A DNA stretch of 64,000 bases from the human T2T-CHM13v2.0 reference genome, Homo sapiens (GCF_009914755.1 NC_060938.1), one strand, 5' to 3'. Positions 36,730 to 51,713 are shown, counted from the first letter of the stretch. Made by a program: numbers and translations. The notes: generated from the sequence alone by a model not told the origin.

Positions 36730-39700
36730 TTAAGTATAATGAGCCCCCAGGCTCTTTGTTTCTTCCCCAGACCAAGGACAGCATGGGCAGAACCGCTGCT
36801 GTGGCCGCGACAGAGGGGCTGTCGGTTGCCTCTGGGAGTCTCTCCCCAGGGACACCCAGAGCCACTGCCAGTGGGTGCGCTCAGCCAGGGCAGCTGTTCT
36901 GCGATCCCGAGCTGGCGGCCCTGCCTGGTGGAGAGGGCAGGGTAGGGGCTCCCCGGGAAGACGGGCTAGACTCCTTTCTGTATGGTGGCTGCTGTGTGCT
37001 GGAGGTCCCAGCCTAGAGACTAGGCCTTTTGTTCTTAGGTTGACTCCGGCATTTCTTCCTGGGAGAAATGCTGGGCTGCCTCTGATTGAAGTGTTTCCGC
37101 AGGCAGGGTGGCTGTCCTGGCGTCCCAGGTTAGGCGGCCCCCAGTCCGTGAGAAGTGAGGGTGGGACCTGCATAGGGAGGGGAACAGTCCTGCCGCTTTT
37201 CCGTGAGGCAGCTGCTCTGTGCTAGGGGTCCGTACCATCCCCTGTCCCAACAGACTTTCTAGGCCGGCCCTCCCTCTGGGAGCTCTTCCCCAGGGAGGCG
37301 AGGAGCTGCTACTGGCCCGATTGCCCTGGAGGGGGTGGGGGTGAGGGGACTGCCGGGGGTGGTGGGTGGAGTCCCAGGTTGAGAGGTCTTGCCCAGTGAG
37401 GAAAAATGGGGTGGAGGACCCATGTAAAAAACGATCTGAATGCTTTTTTATAGGGCAGCTGCACTGTGCCGGGGGGCCAGTCAGTCCCTCATCACCCTGG
37501 GCTCTCCAGTGCCTGAAGGCAGCAACAGCAAAGGCTGCAAAACAGCAAAGATGGTGGCCCACCCCTCCCTCCGGGAGCTCCCTCTCAGGGAGGCGTGGAG
37601 CTGCTACCATGGTCACATGTGGCTGGAGTTCCAGGTCAGTGGGTCTTACCCCACCAGGTGCCGTGGAAGTGAGGCCTGCAGACTGTCTCTGCTCAGCCCC
37701 TTGGATTCAGCCCCTTTCCCTTAAGGGAGCCTAACCTATCCCTTTGCCAGAGCTGTGGCTGCTAATCCTGGGATGCCCGGGGACCAAAGGCTCCTAGGAC
37801 CCTGATCAGTGGCTCTGCCCAGACTCCACCTAGCTCTGTGTGTCAGAGTGAACCCTGGTAGTAGGTTCATGAGGGGGACCTCCTGACCTCAGCGTTGCAA
37901 AGGTCTGTGGAAGAAGCGTGGGTCCCTGGGATCTCTCACTCAGTCACTGTTCCCATGGAAGGGGAGCCTCCTCTGGCTCCTTGCCTCTCCCAGATGGGTG
38001 GTTGTCCTGCCTGGCTCCTCTCTATTCTCTGTGGATCGAGTTATTTCCTTGATGATTCCCAGTGTGCACACCTGGATGTTTCCGGCACATACTAGCTACT
38101 TCTAGTTGGCTGTCTTCGATCAGTCTTTAAAATTTTAATTTTCAGTGTTTGTTTTGGTATATAGAAGTAAGATTGAATTTTGTGTGGTAACCTTGTATCC
38201 TGAGGCCTTGTTAAACTCACATATTAATTTATTGTTTTTTTTCTATGTGAACAGTCATATTATTTATGAATAGGGACAGTTTTATTTCTTCCTTTCTATT
38301 CTGTATGTCTTTTTTCGTTTTCTTGTTAGTTACTCTGGCTAAGACTTCCTGATAGTGAATGGGAGAAGTAAAAGTGAATATTCTTGCTTTGTTCCCGGTT
38401 TTAGCTTGAAAACATTCAGCTGACCTTAAGTATGATGTTAGCTGTAGGTTAGATGCCTTTTAGGAGGTTGAGGATGATCTCTTCTATTCCTGGTTTGTAA
38501 GAATTTTTATCATAATGAATTTGGATTTTTTTTTCAAATGCTTTTTCTGCATCAGTCTATAATCATGTGACATTCCTTCTCTAGAACTTTAATATGGTGG
38601 GTTACATGATTGAGTTTCAGACATGAACCAGCCTTGCGTTCCAGGGCTATACCCTGCTTGATTGTGGTGTGTTATTCTTTTTATACACTGCTGGATTCAA
38701 TTTACTGATACTTTGTTGAGGATTTTTTCATCTATGTTTATTAGAGAATTTGGTCTTTAATTTTCTTTTCCTTGTACTCTTATTGTGCAGTTTTGGTATC
38801 AGGGTAATGGCCTCTGACTTCGCAAAATGAGCTAGGAAGTATTCTCTGCCCTTCTATTTTCTGGAAAAGATTAACATAATTTGCATGTTGCTTTTTAAAA
38901 TGTTTGGTAAAATTCACCAGTGAAGGTATCTGGGCCCCCAAATTTTTGTTCAGAAGGTGTTATTAATTCGATTTCGTTGATAGTCATAGAACTATTCTGG
39001 TTACCTATTTCATCTGGGTGATTTTTTTAGTTTGTGTTTTTTGAGCAGTTTGTTCATTTCACCTCAGTTGTCAAATTTATGTGCATAGAGTTGTTTGGAG
39101 TATTCCCTTATTGTTCTTTTGATACTGTGTGGTCTATAATGATAGTCCCTCCTTCATTCTTGATATTGGCAATTACTCTATTTTCTCTTTTTCTCTTTGT
39201 TAGTTTTGCTAGAGTTTTATCAATTTCATTGACCTTTTCAAAGAAGGAACTATTTGTTTTACTAATTTCCTCTTTTTTTGCTTTCAGTTTCATGGATTAC
39301 TGCTGTTTATTTCCTTCTCTCTTCTTGCTTTGGTTTTATTTTACTATTCTTTTCCTAGTTAAAGAGGAAAAGACTATTTGAAGCATTTATTTTCTTTTAC
39401 TATAAACATTTAATGTTGATTTCACCCAGCACTGCCTCAGAGGCATATCACAATTTTTGATGTGTTTTATTTTTATTTTCTGATAGCTAAAATTAAAAAA
39501 AATTTCCTTGAGACTTCCTCTTTGAAACATGGATTATTTTGAAGTAAAGTGTTTGGGGATTTTTCTGTTATCTTTGTTACCCATTTCTAATTTAATTCTA
39601 TCATAGTTAGAGGTCATACTTTCCATGATTTCCATTCTTTTCATTTTGCTAAGGTTTATTTTATGACTCAGGAGATGGTGACTGTTCCATGTATACTTGA

Positions 39701-40072
39701 AAAGAATGTGTATTTCACTATTGTTGTGGAGAATGTTTACTATATGTTAACCAGAGCAAGTGGATTAGTGGTGTTGTTCAGTTCTTCTATGTCTTTGCTG
39801 ATTTTTTTTCCATCTACTAGTTGTATCTATTACCTAGAGAGGAGTGTTGAAGTCTCCAAACGTAACTGTGGCTTTTTCTGTTTCTCGTTCAGTTCTGTCA
39901 GCTTTTCTTCAGGTATTTTGAGACTGTGTTGTTAATTGTATATGCATTAAGGAATGTATGTTTTCTTGGTGAATTGACCCTTTTATCATTATATAATGTC
40001 CCTCTTTATCTCTGAAAATTTTCTTTGTTATAAAGATACTTTATGTGATACTAATACAGCCATGCCACTTAA

Positions 40073-40338
40073 TTTTTTTTTTTTGCCACTCAGGATGAAG
40101 TGTAGTGGTGCAATCTTGGCTCACTGCAGCCTCAATCTCCCAGGCTCAAGCGATCTTCCTGCCTGAGCCTCCAGAGTAGCTGGGACTATAGGTGCCTGCC
40201 ACCATGCCTGACTGATTTTTTATTTTTTTGTAGAGATGGGGTTTCACCATGTTGCTCAGGGTGGTCTTGAACTCCTGGACTCAAGTGATCCACTCCCTTC
40301 AGCCTACCCAGGTGCTGGGATTACAGGTATGAGCCACT
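40073..40338 (-). mobile_element. AluJ
   Basis: Antisense Alu with J-type CTCACTGCAGCCTCAATCTCC. Confidence 0.88.
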
Positions 40339-40771
40339 TCTACTTTTAACCTACGTATATCATGATGTTTGAGGTGAGTTTCCTATATATAGAATATACT
40401 TGAGTAGTTTTGTTTTTCCTTTCTAACAATCTCATTCTTTTAATTGGTTTGTTTAGACCATTCACAATTAATGTTAGTGTTGATATGTTTGAACTTAGGC
40501 TTACCATTTTATAATTTGTTTTAAATTTGTTCTCCAGGTCTTTTGTTCCTTTGTCTCACCTTTCCTTCTTCTTTTGGGTTATTCAAATATCTTTAGTAAT
40601 CCATTTTAATTGTGACTTTTGTTTTTGAAGATAGTGGTGTTGGTTTTTTTGAAATCTTGTCATAGGAAATATTGTTTGTTGATGTTTAAAGAGTTTCCAC
40701 TCCTTGTTATTGATTTAGTGATAATAATAACAATAGCAGCAGCTATGGTATAATGGGCACCTGATTTCATC

Positions 40772-40967
40772 TTATCATGTCATTGAATTTTTTGTTATTA
40801 TCTTTAATGGTTGCAGAATATTCCATCATTTGGATATGATATTTTATCTAACCTCTTCTTTGATATTGGACATAAATTTCATTTTAGGGTTCCACTCTAA
40901 TAAATCATGTTACAATGAACATCTTTGTGTTTTGGTTTTTCCTCAGAATATTCTTAGGCTTGGAATA
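40772..40967 (+). repeat. direct duplicate of 42975-43171 inserted in a MIR
   Basis: TTATCATGTCATTGAATTTTTTGTTATTA...CCTCAGAATATT..TAGGCTT.GAATA occurs at both places. Confidence 0.93.
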
Positions 40968-42349
40968 AGTGCCCTTTCCATACCTAATCTATAATCTTTA
41001 TAACAATGCTGCCAGGTTAAGATTTTTTAAAATTTTATAGCTAAATCAAACTGAGATTTAAAGGGCTTAAATATCTCGCTCAAGGTCACCTTAATGATAA
41101 TGGGAGGAATCAGAGGCCAACACTCATCTGGCACCAAAGCCTGTGCTCTTTCCATAGTACCTTTCACAGATTTGGCACATATGACTTCAATGCACAGAAC
41201 TTCACTAATGGTCATAGCTCAGTCTATGAAATTACCTGACTGTTAAAATGATCAGTGTAAAACACATTTTGTATCATGGCAGATAATCCATTTTTCCTGA
41301 GCCTCATGACTCATGTGAGAAAGGCCTTTTTTTCCCTGTGACCAGGAAACCCACAGGTCACAACATGTGAGCAAGATTCCCTGATGATCTGTCTCCAGCC
41401 TTAGGGAATACCACACTACTAGTTTGGATCTACTACCGATAGTTTAGTTATCTTTATTTGATAATGCTTCTTTTCTTTTGCTTCAGATGGTGTATCCCAG
41501 TGTTTCTTGGGCTTCATTGTTAAATTGGGATTGTATATTGATACAGTGGTCTATTGTTTCAGTTTTTATTGGATCATAAAGCTCCATAAAGAATAGATGG
41601 TGTATATTTGTTTCTGATGCTGTTAAGTCCTTGGACTCTGCCAGTGGATGTTTTTATAGTGTCTGCTGTATTTATTATGTGCGTTATTCTTGTGTTGCCA
41701 CAAGAATCCTGTGTTACCATTTATTGTAAATCAGATTCTTGCTGTTTGTGCTGGGTGTTCAGGATCCAAGAGGGATCACTGAGATGCTCCAACTACACAC
41801 CCTATAAATTCTGCATTCTCCAGGAACTTTGAGTTATGTCGTAGAGATGGTCTATTAAGCCACTTAGATACCAGGCATCAATTTTATTTTGCTAACGATA
41901 ATCAAAAGATGGTTCATTTATCATGAGACGTATATTTGGATGCGATCATCTGAATGTGTTCTGCCCTATTAAAGCAATGTTTTAAATGTTTACAAGAAGA
42001 AAGGAAACTAGCGTTTGTTGAGTATGTACTGATAGAATTACTTTACATGTACTATCTTCCATAATCCTCTCCTTGAGTTTGAAAGGCAGGTACTTTTAAC
42101 ATATTATTTCACAGATTTTGAAATTCATACTCAAAGACATTAATTCATGCAAGCCCATATAGGTACTGATATGCAGTTTAAACTATATGACTCCAAATCC
42201 TGTAAGCACTTCAAGCAGAATGTTTGCCCCACCATTTTTTCCCCATGCCAGCTGTCATCGATCATCTATTTCCAGTGAACTTCTGCCTTTTCCAATTATT
42301 TTAGTGACTGACTATAGTTTTGATTCTATTCCATAATAATAATTAACAA

Positions 42350-42615
42350 AGATAAAATAGTGTAATGATGAATAGCACAGACTTTGGAACCAGACTATCT
42401 GTGTTCAAACTCCAGCTCTGTTATTTATTGGCTCTGCAACTTTGGGCAAATCATGTAACTTCTATGTGTTTCAGTTTCCTCATTTGATTTGTGGGGGATA
42501 ATAACAGTACTTAGAGGGTTGCTATGAGGACTACATGAGTTATTATTTGTAAAGATCTTCGAATAGTGCTTGCTACATTGAGAGTCCTATACATAAATGT
42601 TTTTCAAATAAGTAA
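42350..42615 (+). mobile_element. MIR
   Basis: AGCACAGACTTTGGAACCAGAC...TTGGGCAAATCATGTAAC...TCAGTTTCCTCAT. Confidence 0.8.
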
Positions 42616-43309
42616 CATTTATTTCTAATTTATTGTGTAGCAGATGCTTCACTAAACATTGTAAAGATGATGCAAATATAAAGGTGCTTCTATTATCACC
42701 TCCATTTTATGAAGGAGGACACAAAGGCTTAGGAAGGGTAACAACTAGTCCAAGATCATACTGGTGGAAAGCTCACTGTGTAAAACTTAGAAAACTAAAA
42801 TAAATATGAGATAGCAGAATAAAGCTCACTCACAGTTCTACTACATAGAGATTATTATTGCTAACATTTGGATTATTTCCCTCATTTCATGCACATTAAC
42901 ATAGATTACTGAAATCATATTGAAGGTATCATTGTCTATCTTCACTTTCTTCCATAACATTATTTTTAAAATTTTTATCATGTCATTGAATTTTTTGTTA
43001 TTAACTTTAATGGTTGCAGAATATTCCATCATTTGGATTTGATGTTTTGTCTAACCCCTTCTTTGATATTGGACATAAATTTCATTTCAGGGTTGTGCAC
43101 TAATCATGTTACAATGGACATCTTTGTCTGCATTTTGGATTTTTCCTCAGAATATTTTTAGGCTTAGAATACTGTGCCAAATAATCAACATGTTTAAGTC
43201 TCTAATAAACAAATAGGCTAAAATTTTCAAAGGAGCCTAAAAAAAATTATAAGGAAAAAAATGTAAAAAGAAACGAATCAGGTTCCCAAGATGTAGGGTT
43301 TTTTAAAAA

Positions 43310-44190
43310 TTAGATTTTTCCTTTTAAGATAATTGTAGATTTACAGGTATTGGTAAGAAATAATACAGAGATCCTGTATACCCTTTGTTCCATTTTGCTC
43401 CATGGTGACATCTTGTAAAACTGTAGTACATTATGACAATCAGCACAGCTCATTGATACAGTCAAGATACAGAGCATTTCTTCTTCTTCTTCTTTTTCTT
43501 ATTCTTCTGCTTTTTTATTTTTTATTTTTTATTTTTTTATTCTCTCTCATCCAAGCTGGAGTGCAGTGGTGCCATCTCGGCTCACTGCAACCCCTGCCTC
43601 CCAGGTTCAAGCAATTCTTGTGCCCCAGCCACCTGAGTAGCTGGGATTACAGGCACCCACCACCACGCCCAGCTCACTTGTATTTTCAGTAGAGATGGGG
43701 TTTCGCCATGTTGGCCAGGCTGGTCTTGAACTCCTTGACCTCAGGTGATCTGCCCGCCTCGGCCTCCCAAAGTGCTGGAATTACAGGTGTGAGCTACTGC
43801 ACCCGGCCAAGATACAGAGCATTACCGTCACCTCAAGGGTCCTTCGTGTTGCCCTTTTATAGCCACGTATACCTCCCTCTAACCCCCATCCCTGACCCTT
43901 GGCAATCACGAATCCATTCTCTATTTTTATAGTTTTGTCATTTCAAGAATGTGATATACATGAAATAATAAAATATGCAATTATTTAGAATTGGCTTTTT
44001 TCACTTAACATTGTTCCTGGAGATTTGTCCAAGTCTTGTGTGTATCAGTAGCCTGTCTTTGCTGAGTTGCCTTCCACGGTGTGGATGTACCACCATTTGT
44101 CTAACCATTCACCCATTGAAGGACATTTGGGTTGCTCCTGGTTTCTGGCTATTAAGAATAAAGGTGCTATAAACATTTTTGTACTGGTTT
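43310..44190 (-). mobile_element. L1M 3' end interrupted by an Alu
   Basis: AGATAATTGTAGATTTACAGG...TAAGAAATAATACAGAGATCC...CATTCACCCATTGAAGGACATTTGGGTTG. Confidence 0.8.
43479..43808 (-). mobile_element. AluSx/Sz
   Basis: Antisense Alu; 15-bp TSD AAGATACAGAGCATT (43464-43478 / 43809-43823). Confidence 0.95.
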
Positions 44191-45560
44191 TGCGTCACTA
44201 TGACCTTGGCTCTCCTTTTCGTGCAGACCTGTAAGCCTTGGGTTGGCAACTTCTCAGTTCAGTCCACAGTGCCCACTTCTCTGGAGCTCTATGGAATACA
44301 CTAACTTTCAGCCCCTCCAAGCTCTGGATCCTGTAGACATTGCTCACCCCTTTCTCAGGGCCCACCCTGCATGCACTGCACACACTGTGTTGGAGGCAAA
44401 CAGCAGCCAGCCAACCTGCCTGCAAGTGGCTCGCTCATGGCTCTCCACCTCTGCCTGCCACCCCATCTTCTCCACCTGCTCCCACATGGCAGGCTGTCGT
44501 CACAGGCAGCCTGTGCTTAGCTCTCAAGTTGCACGCCCCTAATGCCTGGCTGGTTTCTCAGGCAGGAGGAGAGCTGTTTCCTGCCACCAGCATCCACCAC
44601 CTTGTTCTCTTTCAGCATCCTCTGTAGGTCTTTTCTCTCCTTCCAGACTCACTTCTTTTTGGCACCTCCTTCAACTCAGGGACTTGGGTTTTCTCTACAC
44701 AGCGGGGAGCATTCTGCACGTATATGGGATTGCAGTGCTACACCCAGATCTTGTCAGGTTTGTCTCCTTCCCACTAGCCGGCAACTCGTTAAGGCTAAAA
44801 TTCATTAATCTTCATACCCTACAAAGAACCAGTAAAGTGCCATTACATAGCATACCAATATTGAATTAAATGAATTAAATGAACGATTTAATAAATGACG
44901 AATTTCTTGAAAGCATCGAGGAAATGTCCTGATAACACAGATTCCGGCTACATCCCAGGGTTCCACCCTTCTGCTGGAAACTTGGCCCATAAGCCTTGCA
45001 GTCCTCCTTGGCTGCTCATTTTCCAACCGTGGCTTTACACCTGTTTCATTTTACAATATTTATTGGGAAAGCATTTTAGCTGCTTATTATAGTCAGATAT
45101 CATCCGTGACAAGCCATTTTCCTTGAATTAGCCCAGTGAGAAATATTTCTAAAGGCGTTAAATGAAATCATCCAGACGCTTCCCATGGCCAGCTGGATGC
45201 AGCAGCCACGTTCAGCTCCCCCGGCTTGAATACAGAGTGGTTTATGTTTTCAGTCGGCTCCAAGCCGCAAAGCTGCTGCTAATTCTCCCACTAATAAATG
45301 GGGCTTTAACAAATTCTACCAAGTAAAAGTAACAGGAGCATTTACAACTATGTTTTCAGTAAATTAGATGAGATAATGTAGTGCCTGGTGCATAGTAAGC
45401 GCCCAGTAAATGGTAACTGTTGTGATGCTGGACACTACACCAATAATGGTTATGGAAAAATAACATCAAAGATGAAGCCTGTAGGGAAAAAATTTTTAAA
45501 GGTTGGTAGAAAATAAGGTCATATAAATAATTGCTTGAAGGGTTAGGAATAAGGAAAATA

Positions 45561-45858
<298 letters not shown>

Positions 45859-48800
45859 AGGAGTAAGGAAAATAATGCTGAAGAAAGAAAATCATTTTAA
45901 TTAAAAATTAAAAGGATGAAAATAGAGGAGTTAGGAGAATCGATAGAAAGTGAAATAGGCAATGTGCACTTCATAACGTGTTTAAAAATGTAAGTTACGT
46001 GCTTCTGCATTTGTCCTGGAAGATCGCACGCACTTAATCAAATCACACTGTCTCACACCGGGTTTCCAAAAACTGACATACACCCAAGCAACATTTCCGA
46101 CAACATGGTAAGTAGAAAATTGTGATTATTTCCTTACATAATTATTTCAGAGAATTTTGAGTAAATACAGACATTCCCACTGAAACTTGAAGTTATAAAA
46201 CATGTACTACACAGCTCTGAGGTTCTATCTTGGCTCTGAAATACCACCTGTGATGTTACCAAGATGCCTAAACTGGTGGGATGTGTAGAGAAACTCTTAT
46301 TAACTCCAGGATCAGGACCCTTTCCCCCAAATATCTTTTCTTAGCTTCTTGATGCCATATTTCTTTGCTTTTGTTATTAAATATGAAAACGTTTATCTTG
46401 GCCAGCCTTAAACTAAATGATCAATCTCGGTTTTAGTAATGCCTGTTCAAAGTACTGCTACATTAATATTAGTTTTGGATGTGCCAGTCTTTTGTCACTT
46501 GAGTTGATAAATCTGGAAATAGAATTTTAAAGCACAATGCCTCTTGACGATTATCTTTTGTTCCAGGGTGAATAGAACACTGATTCTTACATAGCCTGTG
46601 AGCAAGAACAGGGTGATTTTGGTGGAAATAAAATGCAACATGAGTTTTCCCAGCCAGCCACGCGAGGTCCTCAGCTGAGGGACAGCAAGATTGAAGGACG
46701 ATCGAAATGAAAGAGAAGGTTAACTACGGCACAGAATTTCCAATGGGGACTGTGTTAGAGGTGGTAGCCATGAGACAGGGCCAGCTGACACCCGTGGGGA
46801 CGCACTGCAGCAGCTGGATGAATGAGGGCTATGAGCGACAATGAGTTTGGAGCCGATTTTGCCATAGGTCAGAGAGAACAGCTGGCAGGATGTCATCTCC
46901 CCATCTCCAACCAGCAAATAGGTGGCAATCTTTTACTCTAGCAAAGAGCTAGAAACAAGTATTTCTGCATTAGTAACAAACCGCGGAGGTAGTTTAAGGG
47001 ATTTTTTCAATACATAGATCTTGAGGGAGGCAGTTATAATAAAGCAGGATAATTAGCAAACTTTCCTAGGTAATATATTCATAGGACAAGGAAAATCCTA
47101 ATTTCCCCCTTGAATTTATTGGCTGGCTAGAGCCAATTATATTTACATTTTAAACTCACAGAAAAATATCAGTAACTACTTTAAAAAAAAAAAAAAAAAC
47201 TAGGGATACAAATAATGACAGCAAAAATCCATTTTTTTAGAAGTTGGCAAAAAACAGTATTTTATGAAAATAAAAGACATAGTTTATCCCAGTGGTTTAA
47301 AATTAACACAAACATCTTTTAGACACTTATCCTATCATAGCAACATATAATTTAAAACAACTTCCTTCAGATTTAGAAGCAGTGCTTAAACAGAACTGCT
47401 AATTGACACTTAGTGAGAAACAATTTATGGTGTATTTCATTTTTCATTGCTATAAAACTGGTTTAAAATAATGAGGCTCATGAAGGATATGACCCAGACC
47501 ATAAAATGTACTTATTAGAGTTGTTTGATAAATCACGAAGGGGAGATTCTCACCTCTTAATAAGTGTAAGGCACTGTGATGTGACAGCCAGACACAGAGA
47601 GGGTGTGGCAGGTGTCCTGGTAGCACGTGGGCCCTCTCTCTCTCTCCAGGTGTTGGAGAACGGTGCGTCTCTGAATGCCCAGCCACCCTCACTTCCCCTG
47701 ATCTTTAATATGCAATCTAGTGTCCAGACACAGTGAAGCTGGATGCCAGGGTAGGAAAACAACCTAACCAGGGATCCCATCTGGGTTCTGTCAGACCCTG
47801 AAGATAGGACCAGCATCCCCAGGCTTACAGCTTCCTGTAATCTAGCTAGAAATGTTCCTCCCAGGGCCATCCCTGTACAGGAGCCTCATTCACACATTCA
47901 TATGCTCATTCGTCTTTTTGCTTGTTCATTCCCCAAATGTGCCTTGAGTATCTACTTGAACACAGCAGACATGGTCTCCACCCCTCTGGAGCTTGCAAGG
48001 GAGAACGGGGAAGGTGTTAAATGCATTGAGGGGGACTACGGAGCACATGGGAACTCTATACAATGGGGACATGGCAGAGAGGAAGACTCCAATGATGAGG
48101 GATCCACGAAGGATGGGGAGGCAGGGAATGGGGCACCTGAATCCCCTAAGGGAGTTGTAAACCCAACTAGATTGTTTTACTGACCACAGGCGCTGCTATT
48201 CACAAGGTTATGAGCCAAGAAAGTACCAGCCATTGCAACCTCAAGGAGCTATGGATGTGCTGAGAGCTCAGTAAATGAGCAGGGACTCAGGGACAGGTCA
48301 AAGAGGCTGCAGAGGTGGGACCTTTGAGATCAGAGTCAACTGACTAAGAATAAAGCAGGCCTGTCTCTTGGATGGGGTAACTGGGCAGCCACCCTAGGCT
48401 TGTAAAATTTCTGTCTTTAACAATATCCCAAGGGTGCAATAGAAGATGTCAATAGTATGGCCTCCTTTCAAGTGTGTTTCCCAGAGCAGCCCTAGCATTA
48501 GCTGAGTTGCCTGGGAGCCCCATGCCTTTCTGTCCGTGGCCCTGACTATAGTGCTATACAGTGGGTGCTATCATGGATGGGTTTTGCTCATTTCCTGAAC
48601 AAAAACAAGATAACTAGTTGCACCTCAGCAGCCTTGGTTCAGGGAGCATTTAAGACCTGCCACAACACTGGAAGTTCCAGCAAATGTCCAGAGAAGCAGG
48701 CAAGGGAGATACATCTGAGGACCCCTTCCCTTGTCATTATCATATTACATAAGCCATGCCCTTTTCTGTCATAGACACCCCTTCCTAGAAAGAAACTATA

Positions 48801-50229
48801 GAAGACAGATGAATATGAGAGATTAGGCGTTTTGCCTGAAAAGGAATATCATCCTTAGAGGATGGTTCACATTAAGGGATTGTACTGAGATTATGGAATG
48901 GAGTAAATTTTTTTCCTCACTAGCTGGTGAATGAGTCCCCTCATAATCCACTAAAAAACCATGCTTCTTTGAATGTAGTTAAGTAATTTATGACCCCACA
49001 ATTTGCATAATCGAATATTATATATCTATTTAAAATAATGATTCAGGTCTATATTTGATAACTTAGAAAGCTGTCCATGATACATTAGAGTGAAAAAGCA
49101 AGTCACAGAACTTTAAGTATACTTTAATTCTGTTTATGTAAAACTGTGTGAGTGTACTCAAGCATAAAACGAAGTCTGAAAAGGTGTTCACCAAAATATT
49201 AACATGGATTATCTCTGGATGATAATATCAGATGACTTCTTTTTCACTTTCTTCATACTTTTCTGGATTGCCTTAATATGCTTCTACAGTGAGAATGCTT
49301 TGTTTTTATAGGAGCTAGGTTAATTTTAAAAAAACTTATTAGTAACTTTTGAAAGTGGAATTCTTATTTACTTAATTCCTTGCAGATTATTCTTTTTCTT
49401 GGATAGGAAGCCAAAATACTCTTCAGAGATGCATTGCCTAGTTGAGCAACTTCACCATAGCAGTTTCTGTCTGTTGCTGAGAGGCTACCTGGTAACTTCC
49501 TACAGCCAACCATCCTATGTGAACTGTAACTTCCCCTTAAGAAAAAAATATCTATCTTTGACATTATTGTGGCAGATCCTCCAGAGAGTCTGAAGACACG
49601 GGCTCTTCCTATATCCTTGTAACTGAATTTCTAGGGAAAAAATAATTGATGAAAATTGTTAATATCACTTTACTTTTTTAAAGTACAAAATAAAGGCTAA
49701 GTCGTCAAAAGAAGAGGTGAGAATTTGAAGAACACTGCTCTTTGGGGAAGGAAGGACACTAGGTTGGGTTGAATTTGCTTCCTAGCCCATTCATGTTTAT
49801 TATCAGGAATTTGGAAGTCAGCGTCAGAGCATAACCTTTCCAATATTGCATACCAAGCCGTCAGCACTGGCGTTTCAGAGAGCCTTCCAGGAGCTGGCGG
49901 TGAAGCACAGTGACCTAATCCAAATCAGAGTGGAATGAAGTCTTGAAAGCACCATCCTTCCCTCTCTCGGCTTGGGTAGCAGAAAGCACATTTACTCAGT
50001 GACAAGGAAACATTGTGTGCTGTGTCCACCGTGTCATGGATATCCTGGTCTAAAGTGACAGGATATTGGAAGGAAATTGTTTTTTAATCTAAAATGTGTT
50101 TAGAGTTTCTAAACTTAGTTTAGTATTTTATGATTGGATTTTCTAGAAGAGACACAGGTAGATTTGAGCCCTGACAATACGCTGGGCACTTGGAGAGCTA
50201 TCTAAGAACAAATGCCTGCCCCGGCAGTT

Positions 50230-50700
50230 CAGACACAGGTCCTGGCTCACCCTCCAGCCCCAAACCCTTCCGCTCTCCTCTTTGCTGGCTTGTCTCCGGC
50301 TGCACCAGGCTCCAGCCACAACAGGATTTTTGCTGTTTCTCAAATACAACAAATATGATCTGATGAAAGGCATTTGCTGTTTCCTTTCCTCTGCCTGGAT
50401 CTTCTCAGCTCAAACATCACCTAGCAGAGTCTCCTTCCCTATAAAGATAGCACCCTACTCTCTATGCAGTCACTCCTACACGAGCGTGCCCCTGCTTTAT
50501 TTTATACATAGCACTTATTCCTCCCTAATCTATTGTGCATTTGCTTATTTGTCTACCCCCACCAGAATGCCAGCTTCATGAAAAGAACTATTGTATGTTT
50601 TGTTCACTACAGCGTCCCTAGCACCTAGAGCAGTGCCTGACACATGGTAGATATCCAGTAGGGTTTTGTTGAAATGAATGAATAAATGAATGATTGAATT
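50230..50700 (+). mobile_element. L2 3' end remnant
   Basis: CCTCTGCCTGGA...CACCTAGAGCAGTGCCTGACACATGGTAG...TGTTGAAATGAATGAATAAATGAATGA. Confidence 0.8.
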
Positions 50701-51551
50701 CACTTTACCCAATGCACATGTTCCCAAGTAATTGTATATAAGTTAATTATGAGTGGAAACATTTTAAATGCACTAGGAAAAAGTTGTTCAAATGAATCCT
50801 ATCTTTAACCAATTCTATAAAAGGAATTATAATTCCCAGCTTGCCTTTTGCTTTGATCTGAGTTTTGGAGTTAGATTTTCGTGACAGCCAGATCCACCTG
50901 TATGTGGCTCTGTGCATGATGGAGAACATTCCAAGAGTCATCTAGACTCATCTGGGCTTTCTGTATAAATGGTATTGTGATTAGAGTTCTCACTACTTCT
51001 GGATCTGTCTATTGGCCCCTCATGAAGACCAGTAGAACTGAAGGACATGATGGAAAGGAGGAATGATATTAAAATATTAACAGCCAGTATAACCCCCATC
51101 TCCTGCTATGGCAGGGCTTAACCCTTTAGTTGGTGGATCTTGGGTAGGTCTAGGGGCTTCAAGGCAGCTGGGGCAGCAGCATGACACGTGCTGCTGCCTT
51201 GAGGCTGACCATCAGCTCCAGGGAGTGGAGCTTGCAGATTGCTCAGGCCATATGCAGGTGGATTTCCCTGGTAAGTGCCAAAGTCATGGATCTACCACTC
51301 GGCTATGAGGCTCTCCTGGCCTGGGCTGGGAGCACCTGGCACAGTGCCTACACTTGGTGGGTGCTTAATTAACGTTTGATCATTGCATTCATTATCTGAG
51401 AGAACTTGGTGAGAAAATCTAACTTGAAAGTGCTTTTTCATCTGCAGAGGTGCTTTTATCACTGGCATAGTGAGGGTTTTCTCATAATAGCAGCATGCTA
51501 GGTCCAGTGCTTTATTTAAGTCACCAGGAGAGGGTAACAATAAAGTCTGCA

Positions 51552-51713
51552 TGGGCCAGATCCAGGTTTTGTGGAGCCTGAACTGCTTACAATTTGGGTG
51601 GTCCTCTTTGAGAGAATGAATACAAAATTAGTCAGAGAGTCTAGAAAGAGGCCTGGGTACATAAGAAACCTGGAAGCGTGAGCTTCAGTGGTTTGACAGT
51701 GAATCTACTTCCA
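51552..51713. mobile_element. Arthur1A/MER69A-like hAT remnant
   Basis: GATCCAGGTTTTGTGGAGCCTGAA...GAATACAAAATTAG...GAGCTTCAGTGG..GTGAATCTAC. Confidence 0.55.

Larger units (their letters stand above)
29830..38125 (-). mobile_element. near full-length L1PA15/16-like element (decayed, internally deleted)
   Basis: 3' UTR GTTATATAGGTAAACTTGTGTCAC...CAAGTAGGCCCCAGTGTC; ORF2 remnants (31533-32093, 35416-35697); ORF1 remnant; GC-rich 5' UTR at 36600-38125 ending ACTAGCTACTTCTAGTTGGCTGTCTT. Confidence 0.85.

Noticed and set aside
36723-37734. Several 94-193 aa ORFs
   Set aside because: Overlapping ORFs on both strands of the GC-rich old L1 5' UTR; no coding signature.
46915-46928. CTCF-like CAAATAGGTGGCAA
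   Set aside because: Three mismatches to the core consensus; too weak without ChIP data.
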